NCBI GenBank assembly: GCA_021432655.1
Contig: MU271548.1
Span: forward strand, 3,203 to 46,209
Length of the DNA stretch: 43,007 bases
Direction of reading: 5' to 3'
DNA from: Atractiella rhizophila
Taxonomy: Eukaryota
Part shown: piece by piece, positions 28,711 to 42,438 of the stretch
Layout of the letters: each line of letters begins with the position of its first letter
How positions within the stretch are numbered: position 1 is the first letter of the stretch
Notes under the pieces: model-generated
Told to the model about the DNA's origin: nothing
Databases searched by the model: none
What the model saw: only the letters and a program-made list of their open reading frames with translations
Translations under genes and position numbers: made by a program

Positions 28711-30391
28711 TCGTAAGTTCTCCTATAACTGAAACAAACTGTTACATATTCAGTCCACGATGAACGCCGCCTATGTGCGGCAGATGGCTCAATAAATTCC
28801 AAAAAAGCGTCGGCATCCCAGGACTCAGGAGCTTTTAGCGAATCTGGGGAATAACGTGACACTTAGACTCGAGTGAGAATACAGTTAGACATTGGGAAGA
28901 AAACGCACGGGAACTTGACGAGACGGAAACGTTTGTGTCTGTACGCGCTGGCAATGGAGGTTGTCGGAATATCCGGCTGAGAAATGGCATACTTTGGACA
29001 GAAACATCCTCTTCTTCGGCAAGGGATTCCATTGACTCTAGAATCCGTTGTAGTCCCTGAGCCATGTCCTTCTCTTCCCACTTGGATCGTATCTGGGTCG
29101 GTCCGACTGGCAGGAAAGTGGTTGTGCAGCAACTTGTCCTCGCTTCAAGTAGTTCGAACTCTGAATGCCAGTTCGGGGCTGCGAGCAAGGGGAAATCAGA
29201 AGGTGCAGATGACTCTGTATTTTCGCTTGTCAAACATTAGAGAATCTGGAGAAAAGAACGCCTATAAATATTACAGCGTTTGGGCTTCTCGTTACTATAA
29301 TTCAGCTAATGTATATAGCCTTAACCAAGTGGATTCATCCAAGCATCCATTATGCATGGAACACTCTGATAGTCTGCAGACTCACTGTCTCAAGCAAAGG
29401 ATTTGACAGTTCACAACAGTGCCCTATCACTGTATAACTTACAGCATCTCCGCTCGACACTGAGCTAGTAATCAAGTAGACACTGAAGTACTGCAGTACT
29501 GGGCGTCTGCTGCCAAACAGGAAGAATGTTGCACGTGACTCTACCTCTGACTACTGAAACTCTCCCGCCGTGTATTTATGGACGCGACTGGCAGGATGTC
29601 GCCAAGATCGCACAGTATTGGAACGTCAACGCTTGTTTAGGTAGCCAATGTTCCTCTCCGTTCCTCCTTCGCGGATCCATCCCAATCCCAACATCACAAC
29701 TTTTAACCTCCCACAACCTCTCCTCCACGTACTCCTCTCCTTCTCGGATCTCTCGCCGTGGATTGAATGCGTTTTACGCGGGTACGGAGTTGGCTGCCGG
29801 ATAATATGTGAAATACCTTCAACGAGATCCGAAAGACCTAGCGACTGGCGGAAACTCCTGTAAAGTAAACGTGAAAGGATCAGGATAGTATGTGGTAATC
29901 TAGAGAGGTAGATCCGAGCCCCGGGAGAAAAAGGTGCGCCATACTCTCGTCTGCTCCGTGTTAGTACTGTGGAAGTACGAAGGCCGTGGAAAGTCGGGGT
30001 GAAGAGAATGTATGGGATTGTAACGATCGAAAATCATTCAAGTCCGCCGGTCATATAGCTGACTCCCATCCATCTCGGTGGACACCGTTGGTAACCACTT
30101 ACGCGCGTCATTTTGTCAGGAACACAGAACATTGTACTCTTTGTGCAACTAAGGGAACTGAACGGCGATTGTGTATAGGCATTAATCCATTTCAAGTGTT
30201 CTAAGCATAGAAATATCTTTACCCATGCCGAGTCTTCTTTCTGTCACTGTCACTGCTTCTCTTACGATGTTCGCCCGATGATTGTGGTTAGCACTGTAAT
30301 TGCCCCGGATTCACGTACGCGATAACGCATAACCCCCGACTGTTTTTCCTGCTTCAGACGCGAAGTCGCTCATTCAAAAAGCCACCGCGTC

Positions 30392-31043
30392 ATGTCACAT
30401 CTGCAAATGCAACCTCAAAAACTGGAGGCAGAATTGGAAGGGAAGAAACGGAAAAGAAAATTCAATCCTTCCACCCTACCGAAAAATAAAGCATGTTATG
30501 CTTGTCGAGTTCGCAAGGCTTGTTTTTTCTATTTCTCCTGCGTCCTTCTCAGAAATATTCTGCAGATCAAGTGTGACGGCCTCCAGCCAGCTTGCTCCCC
30601 TTGCTTAAGACTAGCGAGTACCAGCGAGGGAACCCAAGGCCCGGATTGCGTTTATCTCGAGAAACCAGTAAGCGGCTCAGGGCCTGCAGCTGAGGAGGAG
30701 CCAACCTTCGACTCAGTCGACGCACTGGAGAAACGACTGCGTAAGTCACATCAAATATTGGACGTTAAGGTGAACTCATGCCCTACAAGATGACTTTGAA
30801 TCCAACCTCACAAACTATTTGCGACAACGACGGGTCCCTAATGAGTGGATCATTGCTAATATTCCGCCGTCTCCTTCGACCTCTCTTGACGGTCCTGTAG
30901 ACTCCCCTCGCGGTGATAGCACGCGTACACTGTCAGAGCTGGAAAAAATCCTTGCTTCTTGGACAGATGCTGATTTTCTGGCTGTAAATGTTTCAAGTTC
31001 AGAGACTGCACCTTCATCTTCGTATTCACATGCTCGCAATTAA
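30392..31043 (+). CDS. Short Zn(II)2Cys6 transcription factor
   Basis: ACYACRVRK/IKCDGLQPACSPC..DCVY, a basic NLS-like KKRKRK and a VDALEKRL coiled coil; 3 exons. Confidence 0.85.
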
Positions 31044-32117
31044 TTTAAGAGCATTTGTTGGCTTCAATCTGACTTCAAATATTTATTTACGTATATATAA
31101 TTCGCTCAAATTTTTTTGTTTGCCACCCTTGCCATACCGCCTAATGGGTGATTTTATTGCAGCTCTTTACTTTCATCAATAACTAGGCTATCTGCTCTCT
31201 AGTGAGGTTCAAGTCAGGGGAAGAAAGTGCCATGGCGCAGTGTCTAATTAATACTTATAATCAGACGTCGCATCACTTGCCCCATTCTAACATCTCGCCT
31301 TGGTGGTCTTGAAAGCTTCCTTCGTGCTGAATACTAAAGAAAGCCCTGCGGATCTACCTAACATCATACGAATGACTTTGGAGGTTGAGCGATTAACCAC
31401 AGTCGTCCGTGCACTGCAAGTTTTGAGTAAGAAATAACCTTGGGAGGTGAAGAACCGCGGAGAGGCAGCTCAGGTGCATCATCCCCCTGTTTATCAAAGT
31501 TGTCCTTTTTTGTTCCTGCGTTCTCGCGTATGTTCACAACACATCCCTTCGCGTAGCCAATGCACGTGCTGCACACATTCACCAGAGATAGTGATGTCAG
31601 TTGTTACCCTGAGTTCGATGTGCAGAGTTACAGCAAATTATAGCAGCCGCAGCCGTCCTGGTTGCTCGCCTCAATCATTCCTTCCACACCTCTCACCGAT
31701 GCTAAATGATTATGACGACTGGAAACCCCGGATTACATTTTGGTTACACTGTTCCTTCCCATGTTCGTGTTCCGCCATGTTCATTAGTCCGCAACTCCGC
31801 ATTTTTTTTGCCGAAGTGCCCCCCCCCCAAGATAGGTCTTCCCAGTAATGACTGCTGGCATTCAAGCTCATGGAGAGTAAGAAACAATCGAGCGTTTCTG
31901 ATGGGATGGTGCTGTCCCTGAAGCTCACCCTCACAAGACGAACAGGCAGACTCCGTAGTAGCCTGAAAAGCTCCCTGCAGCATCACACGGTGACCGGGAA
32001 GGGGCTTGGATACGGACGGTGCCACATTTCGTTTCAGATTCCTACTTCATGCCATAAAACAGCTACTCTATCGCTCTATCAATTTTCTTTTCTTTCTGTT
32101 TGCCACGACCACCCGCT

Positions 32118-34486
32118 ATGTTGGCCGTCATCCTCCCCCTCCTTCTCCCCCTGCTTCCCTCCGCAAATGCCGTGACGGATGAATGTGGAGCAGAGTGCAT
32201 CACGACGTGCAACGCCTCCGGAAACGGGCCATGGACGGGGCATTGCGACCAGCTCAACACTCTTTTGAACGATGGAGTGTACGGCACTACGTTCGAGACC
32301 GGAGCAGGGGCAACTCGAAGCTTCGTCCAGAACTCTTGCAAGGCACAATTCGTCAATTCTGCAATCGATTCCACCTCTTATTGTGCCAACGATTTCGCTG
32401 CTGTTGCGAGTTACATCGCTGGAGCATGTCCTTCGGGAGGCGTCTGCAAGTCCTCCAACGGCAGATGGTCAATTGAGGTGAAGAATAGCAATAACGCCGG
32501 TCCCTTTGCTACTGGTTCGCGGTTTCTACTCTATCAGAGACCTATCGATCATTGAGCGTTACAACAGTCAATCTTCCATTTGACAAAATTCGAGGAGTTA
32601 ACCTGTATGTCTTCTCTTGCCGCATATTGCTGTTTAGGCATTGACCTGGATGATCAGAGGCGGGTTGTTTGTCATCGAACCTTGGTACCGTTCTTCGCTT
32701 CAGCGATGTACAAACAATTGATCGAAAACACAGGATGATGGGTGGGGAATGGAGCCGTATTGTGCTTGCGTTTCTATTGCGAGATTACAAAAGTGCTGAC
32801 CTGAGTAACCATCAAGGGCTGCGGTGGCTACAATGACGAGTTCGAGTGTATGACCAAGAACCCTTCAGCTCAAGCGTCAGTTTTTTTTCCCTCCAGCCAA
32901 AGCTGACCTCACATAACATTCGATAAGATAGTGGATTTGAGGACCACTGGGCAAACTGGGTTGGTTCACTCCCTTCATCCTCCCGAGAATCACTGAAGAA
33001 GGTGTGGGTAGATATCACAAGCGGATATTCAACAGATCAAGAACTACGGGCTGAATACCGTGCGCATACCCGTGGGCTATTGGATCGTAGACGTCAGTTC
33101 TACACCGCTCTTTCTTGTTTGCCTTAGGCTGACAAAAGAAATCCAACCATAGGGTGCAAGAGACGCATCCGATCCATATGCTAAGGGAGGTTTCAAGTAT
33201 TTAAAACAGCTGCTGAGATGGTGTGCGGATGCTGGAATGTCTGTGCTCCTGATTTCAGGTGAAAACAGCATTAATCGAATTTTCTTCTGGATAGCTACGC
33301 CATCATCGACCTCCATGCCGCACCGGGTGTTTCGACTCCTAATCAGCAATTCGCTGGTAAATCTGTTTCCGATGCTGACGTTGGATTCTACAACGAAGAC
33401 AATTTCGGGCGAGCCAAGTATTGGGCTTGGAACATCACTACTTCGAAAGTAAACGATCCAGATTTCGCTGCTGTCTTCGCCATTGAAGCCCTCAGTATGT
33501 CACTTCATTTCTATCCTAGTCCGAAAGTATAACTGAGAGGGACGTGGTTGCAGATGAACCCTGGACAAAAAGCTCAGGATCTCCCTCAAATAAGGGACTT
33601 ATTACCTCCTATTACCCTAGTACGCTTCCCCTGTGTCACTTCGACTTTGTGGAATCGAGCCTTATCTCATTGGTACAGCATTTCACACCACCGTTAGAGA
33701 CACTGAGGAGAAGCTGGGCGTGAAGTGCTCCAACACGGGAAGCCCGTACAAGCGAGCGATGCCTTTCGGCAAAAGGGCATCATACACTGACTGCCTCAAT
33801 ATCGTTTACATGGCTGCGAACTGGGGTAGCGGCGATTCCTCAACATTCCTTCCCAGCTTGTCCCACGTTATCTTCGATTCGCATAGGTTCGCTTTCGAGA
33901 TCTCGTGTCGATGTATGGATCTCTGATGGGTTGGTGTTAGGTATTTTGCGTACAGCGAACAAGGGTGTGTCACGACTGCTTCATCCTAGCAGGACTGGCA
34001 TCTCATGGGTCCATAGGAGTGCTGCAGACGTTCTCTCCAACTCTTGCAACACGGCGGTTGCTAAAGAAGTGAACATTTCCTCTTTGGAAGATTAGACTAC
34101 CACTGATACAGAGTCGTTCAGGATCCTGAACCGGTAATGATTGGAGAGTTCAGCCTTGCGCTCCCAAACAACGACGGAGACTTCTCTCAGGACAACACGG
34201 ATTTTTACAGGAAATTCTTCGCCAATCAAGCTTACGTCGCCGAACAGGGCATTGGTGCGCCGAATAAATCTTTTCGTGGGTGACGCGGCTGATAGCAGAT
34301 ATTCAAGGTTCCACTTTCTGGACTTACAAATGCGAGGTTGGAGCCAGCGTAAGCACTTTCATTAGTGCGCAGAGAACCATAACTAAGACTTCTTTGTTGT
34401 GGACGAAGTGGTGCTATACGTCGGCCGTCGAGAAGGGTTTCATTCCTACTAATGCGGCTGATGGAAAGAATGGCAACACATGTTAA
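32118..34486 (+). CDS. Secreted GH5 beta-glucanase (GH5_15 beta-1,6-glucanase-like) with 8-Cys N-terminal domain
   Basis: Signal peptide MLAVILPLLLPLLPSANA; KIRGVNLGGLFVIEPWMM, GLNTVRIPVGYW, IDLHAAPG, NEP (acid/base), GEFS (nucleophile) and FWTYK. Confidence 0.92.
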
Positions 34487-34873
34487 ACGCCTCCAGTCAT
34501 CAATCCTTTAACATTCCTCTCATTATCTATTCAAAGTGCCACGCGGTCGATAATGTTTCTCTAACAACTAGTCTCGAATACTCTCCTTATTACAACGCAA
34601 GTTGCACTTGCTTTCCCTCGTTGTAGCTACCATGATTGATCAAATGCACGTAACCTGTTCATGTACCTGCAGTCATAGTCCAAATTTGGTTCTCTGAGTT
34701 TTTAACATGATATGGGTACGTTGGGTATATGGAACGATAAGGCGTTGATAACACGCTGATAATAAACTCGATAATCAACACTTTTCTTCTCCTGAACAGC
34801 AGTGCATGAAGCGTTCCGAACCTTATTTTGGTCTCAGAAAAATCGACATCGCGCCAATCGACCGTAAACGAAG

Positions 34874-37090
34874 ATGTCCGCACCATCAGCACCTGCAGGG
34901 GGAGCGTCCACGTCCACTGCACAGCGGCCGTTCAAGGTACATCAGCATCTTTCTCTTTCTTGCTGGTCCACCTAACACGGTGTGTAGACTCACGACAAAC
35001 CCAATGAAGTTCGATTGTCCAATTTGACAGCCGCCAAAGGTGAATGACTCTGGTTAAGTCGCAATAAGGACTGGAGATCTGATTGCTCTTTGTTTCGTCA
35101 GCTGTTAGCGATGCTGTTCGAACGTCTTTGGGTCCAAGAGGCATGGACAAGATGGTACGCCGTTTTCTCCTCGCTCACGCGATAGGAAGTTGCAGTTGGG
35201 ATTGAGTTGGAATGTACAGATTCAGAAAAAGGATGGAGAAATTGTGGTGACCAATGATGGTGCTACCATTCTCAAGTGCGTCCTTTGCATTCATGCTGAC
35301 TCAAAAGCTGATCAGAGGTCAGGCACATGTCCGTTATGCATCCAGCTGCACAGATGGTAATTCTTACTGCTGATGGGTTTGAACTCGTGGGCTCACAGAT
35401 CTGGGTAGCTCGTGGATCTCTCTGCCGCACAAGATGTGGAAGCGGGAGATGGAACAACATCTGTCGTTGTCCTCGCTGGCTCTCTCCTCCATGCGGCTGA
35501 GAAGCTCCTCGCGAAAGGAATACATCCCAGTCTCATCGCTGAAGCTTTCACGAAAGCGGGAGAGAAGTGTGTGGAGTTCCTCGAGGATTTGAAGGTTGAG
35601 GTTAAGCTCAGTGAGAAGGATGCGCTCGTGAAAGCTGCTGCCACAAGTCTGAACTCGAAAGTGCGGCACCTCTCTGCTCGTCTAAACAGGTGGATGCTAA
35701 TGCTTTGGCGATTAGGTTGTGTCACAGTATTCCAACATCCTCGCTCCGATTGCTGTTTCTGCCGTCCTTCGACTTCTCCCTTCTTCACCTTTGCCGACAT
35801 CGAAAGAGCCTTCTCCACCACAGGTACATCCCCAAAACGTAGATCTGCGCGATATTCGGATTATCAAGAAAGTAGGAGGGACGATCGAAGATACTCAACT
35901 TCTCACTGGTCTCGGTTTGAAACAAAATGTTGTGACAGCAGCTGGTGGACCTACAAGGGTGCAGAAGGCGAAGATCGGGTTAATCCAGTTCCAGCTTAGT
36001 CCTCCTAAACCAGATGTAGGTTTTCACTGTCCTCAAGGTATTACGGCGAAGGTTTTGATGCGGGTGTTGTGCCACCGTGCAGATGGACAACCAAGTGCAC
36101 ATTTCGAACTACCGCCAGATCGACAAACACATCCAAGAAGAGCGTAAATACCTTCTAAACCTCTGTTCCGTCATCAAGAAAGCGGGCTGCAACGTGCTAC
36201 TCATCCAAAAGTCGATCCTCCGTGACGCAGTCAACGATCTTTCGCTCAACTTCCTCTCGCGTCTCAAAATCGCCGTCGTCAAAGACATTGAAAGGGACGA
36301 AATCGAGTTCCTATGCAAGACCCTGGGCTGTAAACCTATCGCTGACATCGAGCAGTTTACCGCGGATAAACTGGCGGAGGCTGACCTGTTCGAGGAGACC
36401 GAGGAAAATGGAACGAAGTTGGCTAGGATTTCAGGTATCAAGAACGGGGGCAAGACCTGCTCCATCCTTTGTTCGGGCGCTAATAGCCTCGTCCTTGATG
36501 AGAGCGAGAGGAGTATCCATGATGCTCTTTGCGTAGTACGTTGTCTGGTAAAGAAGGGGTTCGTCTCTCCACCTCACTTGAAGAGCTCATACACTCAGGA
36601 ATTACCAATAGTGCTCTGATTGCTGGAGGTGGCGCGCCTGAAATCCACATGTCGCGTCTCCTTTCTCAGCACGCACATTCAGTAAAAGGCATCGAGTCCT
36701 ACTGCTTCCAAGCATACTCTGATGCGTTAGAGATCATCCCCGCCACTCTAGCAGAGAACGCCGGCCTGAACCCGATCGCCATCGTCACCGAACTTAGAAA
36801 CCGTCATTCGAACGGAGAGAAGACGGCTGGAATCAACGTACGGAAAGTTAGTCGGCATTTCTCTGCAGGTAACAGGAGACAGGCTGACCACGCTTCTCAC
36901 TGAACTTTAGGGTTTGATCACCAATATTTTGGAGGAAAATGTGTTGCAGCCGCTGTTGGTGACCACCTCCGCTATTCAGCTAGCTACCGAGACGGTTGGG
37001 TTGTTGCTCAAGATAGACGACTACAGTGCGTTTTCTCCCTTCGTTCAATATTTCTCGTGCTGACAGGACGTTTTAGGCCCGACGCGCTAG
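34874..37090 (+). CDS. CCT4: T-complex protein 1 subunit delta
   Basis: [75 protein letters not shown] and [17 protein letters not shown]. Confidence 0.97.
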
Positions 37091-37493
37091 ATGTCGATGT
37101 ACTCAGAAATATAATGTGCAATATCTTTAAGCTGCTTCTTGAAAAGCATCCGATGATGAAGAAACTTTCGACGAGTCAGGATCCTGCTTTCTTGCAATTG
37201 GTTAGTATTTTGAGTACACGTTAAAGGTGACGATCCATAACGAGCATTTGAACGAAGATTTGCTTGGAATAAGAAGAGTAAGAGATGCTGGACGATATTT
37301 TTGAGATATAAAGAAGAAAGGAGCAAGAGAAGAAATTGAAGAATGACGAATTGCCTGGCATCACCTACAGCACTACAACTAAAGCCACTGGCAACCAACA
37401 TGACAGGCACTTGAATTTCAGAATTTCAGAGTAAGAACGCGAAACAAAGCCCTTATTGACACGGAATGCCCAAATAGTATTGATCACTGCATC

Positions 37494-38664
37494 TCAGTTC
37501 GCTGCTCCTTTGCCCCTCCTATCATTGAGCAATTGCAACAGCTCAACTGTCTCTTCGTTCATCAAAGCCTCGCTGAACTGAAAAGAAATATATCCCTCAA
37601 AGTCTTCCGAGACTCCTTCCGATTCTCTAGTAGCCTGGACGTGGAGAGGAACCCTGCATCAAAAAGGGCATATTTGATCAGCGTGATGGTTGACATATTT
37701 CATAGTGTGAGGGAGGACGAACCCGACGAAAAGCTCAATGACCGTGTTTGCCTCCTTGGCCGACTTCTCCTTCTCCGAATGCGAACGCGTACGTTTCATA
37801 GAGAGAGATTGGGTCCGTTTGAGGGAGAGAGACTCTTCGGGGATGTCGGTGGAAGATTCTATAGAGAGGATGTGGTCGAGTGGGACCTGGACTGCTGTTA
37901 TCGTTTCTCCCTAGGAGACGTTAGGTAGAGTCAACCAACACAGCCACAGTGATGGAAGAGGACATACTTCGAGCTCGAGTGGAGGCGCGATTTCCGTCAT
38001 CTTCTCGGAATGATCCTTCAATCCAGTTCTACAACAGTTCCACCAGGCGTTGGAGACGTCGTCGGATTCGTGTAGAGGAGTAGAAGCTGCTGAGACAGTG
38101 GGAGGCGTGGTCGGGTAGAAGACAAACAGCAGCTCAGACTACATTGCGGAGGTTGGAGTCAACTTGTTCGGTCGTCAGAAGAAAGAGATGGAAAGTGCGT
38201 ACCTTCTGAACCCATATCGTTCCCTCCGCCTTCAGAGTCCACAACCGATTCTTCAATCCGTCCAAATCCTTTTTCGCCTTCTTCTTATCTTTCTGGTTCG
38301 TCACCTTTATCAAATGACCATGTTCCCAGACCTGTGTCGCCATGAGACCATAAGTACAAATCATACCTGAGAGGATGGAGAGAAGACGAACCTTGACCGC
38401 CGCCTCTACCTTCCCAAAAGTCCTCCATGTCCCAGGGTTTTTCAAGGCTGGAATGGCGATAGACTGCCTCCTCCCACTCGTGGTGGAGCGACGAATCTTT
38501 TGAAACTGTTCGTGAGCTCTGTCCGCCACTTCCTGTTCAGTCCCAACGGACGCCGTTTCGTCCACTGGGGCGGGGTGAGGTGGTGTATAGAATGGTTGGG
38601 ATAAAAATTCCTGACAAAACACATCTCAGTCGTCACTTGGAACGTGAGAGGAAAGACGAACCAT
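37494..38664 (-). CDS. Hypothetical multi-exon protein
   Basis: Splice-consistent exons M/EFLSQPFYTPP..VEAAVK/VWEHGHLIKV..IWVQK/.. ending ..LLNDRRGKGAAN*; no family recognised. Confidence 0.55.
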
Positions 38665-41002
38665 GTTGAACCAGCTGAAAGTAAGTTGGTCGTGAAAGAC
38701 TGGAGGGCTGAAAGAGGGAGTCCTTTTAAATGCCAACTAAGAGCACCAGGTCTGCTGACGCTGTCTGACGCGGGGCTATATTCCTTTGATTCGCCCAATA
38801 CACGATTATTGTTGATTGAATGAGCCTCTGGATTTCCTTGGCGCCCAAGGTTGCTAATTTCGATCAATATCACAAATCACAGTAGATCACTTGTCCCGAC
38901 CGTGGGAACGCGAAGGGGTCTGGGCGTTAACTGGAGTATCTGTGTAGCTTGGCGAGTCTGCTCAAAGCAGAGGACGAGTTGATAGACATGGACTCCTTAT
39001 ATACTGTAGCAGGAGGCAGAGCAGGAGGAGCAGGCAGAGGGACGGGAAGCGTTCGGCTAGTTCCGAAAGCAATTCACTTCCACTTCCGGAAGGGGCTTCG
39101 ACGGTTCTCTTTCGGACTCGTCCTTCGGCGGCCGCATCCGACGCACAACGTCATCAACCAGAGAACGATGCGAGCTCGCAATTTCGTCGCATATGCAGCT
39201 TGCTTGTCGCAATGCTGCAAAGTCTGCAGGTAGTGCAAGAAAGAAGGCCGTAGACCCGGGGAGAGACACCAAGACAGGGTGGTTGCCAATTGTCCGTTGA
39301 CTCGGCGACAGGAGGTCCTCAGATCTTCAGATAAGAAGCAACAAAGCAGCTTATTATAATGAAGAAGAACTTGAGAGAAGCTCAACCCTTGGAATTGTTA
39401 TTAAAGCCAAGAAAGACACGCAGCAGACAAGTAGACTCGGAACACAAAGAGGACGTGATCCACAAATGCCAGTAATTACAGGTTGAATATAGAGTCTTGG
39501 GAGCAAATTAATCTGTTTGGACGAGCATATCGGCTGAAGCCCAAGCTTCTAGCTCTTTGATCCGGAGGAGCACAACTCCTAGAAAGTATTGCATCATCCT
39601 TGAAGGGGTTGGTAGGTTCAACGTTCGCCAGCCTTTCCAGCGAGACCTAACCTGACAGGAGAACGGCAAAGGACGTCCATGGCCGTGGACCGTTCAATTT
39701 CACCATCTCTGAACATTGTCTCCAGAAAACGACGGGAAGATCCCCAGTGGTTGACCGATAATACAGACTCCAACTGATAAGAGGGTTGTTCATGAAAAAC
39801 TCATCGTCTATCCACTCGTATCCATCGACTCCATTCCGTGTCCCTTTCTCCCTTTCAGTTCGGGCTTCCAGCTTTATCTCTCATATCTTAATGTTCGTTC
39901 TCTACACCTTGGACAGTCCGATAGTGCTATCTTAAGCCAAGATGATAAGATTGGGTGGATATGTGTCGAGTGAAAGCGTGAACTGCCCAACATCAATCGA
40001 GGCACGAAGCAGTCTCTCATTTGTCATGATTTGAGCAGTCGTACTAGTTTAGCCGCAGCCGGACTAGGGTGTCTCATTCCCGACGGGCGTTTGGCGACGA
40101 GCAGTTACTCCAGTAGAACCTGATGAAACAAGAAAAGGAGCATGAGCATAACTTATAATGATACGGAAGGAGGATTAATCCCGAAGATCTTATAACATAA
40201 ATCATCATAATGTGGTGTGATCACCAATCGCCAACCACTTTGTCTGTGGGTCCATCTTTCTGACTTTCTCGCTCGCAATGAACAGAGCACTCCTATCTGC
40301 CAGTGAACTGCAATCTGCAAGACTCTTTTTCAATGAAGCACTGATTCCGCAAGGTTAGAGCAGGGGCATATATTCCTGGTTGGCTCTTAAAGAGCAGGCA
40401 AATGTAAAACCCTTTACTCCTACGCCCTGAGTGAGCGTGGCAGCAGCTTGATTCAGACATGTAGATTATGCGTAGATTGTTTGGCGCAAAAGTCCACTCA
40501 AGCAATCTCAGTTCGTGAAATGAAAAAAATGCTCCAAGTTCAAGGTTGTTGTTTAGGGCATCGATATCCCTAACCACAGCGCTCAACTCAACAGTCCATG
40601 GCATCGAGCGCATGTCCAGAGGGTGGTTTTGAGAGCTAGGTGTCTAGACATGAAGCACGCAACAGTACAGAATAAGTACCATCGCCGCGCTCCTTAGCTC
40701 GTTTCAAGCACTCAGCAACCTCAGGCGGGATGAAACCAGATGATTGTCGACGGACTTTTTGTCTTTCCCCTGCTGTGAATTGACATCCCTCTCCCATGTG
40801 GTACGCCATAATGGTTGATGATGAGTAAAGGGGGACCGTTACACACTGGCAGAGGGAGAAATGGACGCTGGTGAGTTGTCAGTCCCGCTAGAGATATAAA
40901 ACTCGCTATCTCGATTTTATCCTTGGATCCATTCTATTTACCCGTACCGTATTTGACACTCTCTTCTTCGATCCCTCGACAATATCCGCTGTTCAAGTTA
41001 TC

Positions 41003-41846
41003 ATGCTCACCAAATCTTTCTTCTCCATTTCCCTCCTTGTTGCAGGAGCTTTCGCCTCCCCTGCACCAGTCCAGAAACGACAGTACGAAGCGGATCTCAA
41101 GGCCGGAATTGTAGGTATTGGGGAAAAGTGGAATGAAATCGCCAAATTGGTGGATAACACCAATATACCATCTATAAATGGGAGCGGCATCGCTTTCAGC
41201 TCCATCAAGGTACACTTGTTTTTTGTGTTACGATGAAGTTGACGAAGTGATGTCCTTTGACGAAATAGCCGGTCGCGACTGCTCTCGATCAGCTGGGAGA
41301 CTACATCGCCGCCGTTGTGAATGGTCCCATGCAGGTTCGCAATCTACCTTCCTACGTTGTATGGAGAATGAAACTGACTGAGAGTTTTGAAGACCAATGG
41401 TGCATTCGTGAGCGAAGCGGAAGCCCAAGCATACGTCGACGATGTCAGGGCCAACGGTCCCACAGCCGTGAAGGTTATGCAGGTAGTGATTAACAGGTCA
41501 CCGCAAGTCATGGGTTAGGAGCTCTGCTCGCGACGTCAGATTGTCAACTGAACGCGATGGCAGATATTGGGAAGCTTGACGGATATGGCGTCTACCTCTC
41601 AGCGCTTGACAAACTCGCTTGGGCGTATGGCGGACTTTATTCTATCTCTTTGAGAGTTCTCGTACTCTATTCCTCCCATCTGCAGTTAGAGGAATTGACC
41701 CGTTCATTTAGCTCGTTGGATACGAGGACCTCCTCAACGGAGTTGAAGCGCCAAATGGACAGCTTGATCTCGTCAACAATGCTTACACTCTTTACAGCGC
41801 CGAATATAGGAAGGAGTTTAACCATGAGGTTTACGGCACGAAGTAG
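41003..41846 (+). CDS. Small secreted helical protein with Kex2-type propeptide
   Basis: MLTKSFFSISLLVAGAFASPAPVQKRQ signal and propeptide; gatataaaa TATA at ~40893; about 5 exons; 3' structure tentative. Confidence 0.7.
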
Positions 41847-42438
41847 AGTACGAAGGATGAGAGTTGAGTTGCGTGTTGCTAAATATCCGGTACATATACC
41901 CGAGCCCCATAAGAGTTGCCAATCAATGAGAGGTTTAGCAGCAAGTATCATTATTCGACACAGTATGCGTTGATAGGTACAAGTACCATACGAACTCTCC
42001 GGATAATGAAACTCTTAAGTTATGTATACAGATTTCGAAACGAGGACTGAAAAGATGGGGACAGACATAGTGAAAAGAAGGAAAATATCTTAATCCTACA
42101 AACAAACAGCTCGAAGATGACAGAACACAAGTCTGAACGTATTCAAAACGACCCTTGATTTGGGTATTGTTGCTGATTGCGAATTTGAAACGAGACTACG
42201 AAATTGAGTTGGTTCGGGAATGTGAACTGCAAAGACTAAGTGAACGGAAGAACGTATACTGGATGTTGCGTGTTACGGGTTATAAGATATGAACTGAAAG
42301 AGGCTGCCTTGAAGATGGGAAATGTGAAGCTAAACCTCGAGTGTTCGTGTATGGATGAAGGCGTTTCCACTCAGAGTAGACGATCCCATCGTGTGTTGAC
42401 CGCTATCGAAGTGCTGGGTGCAAAGAACCATCAACGAC

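Noticed and set aside
38900..40150. Possible minus-strand multi-exon gene
   Set aside because: Some coding-like fragments are present, but I could not build a consistent spliced model.
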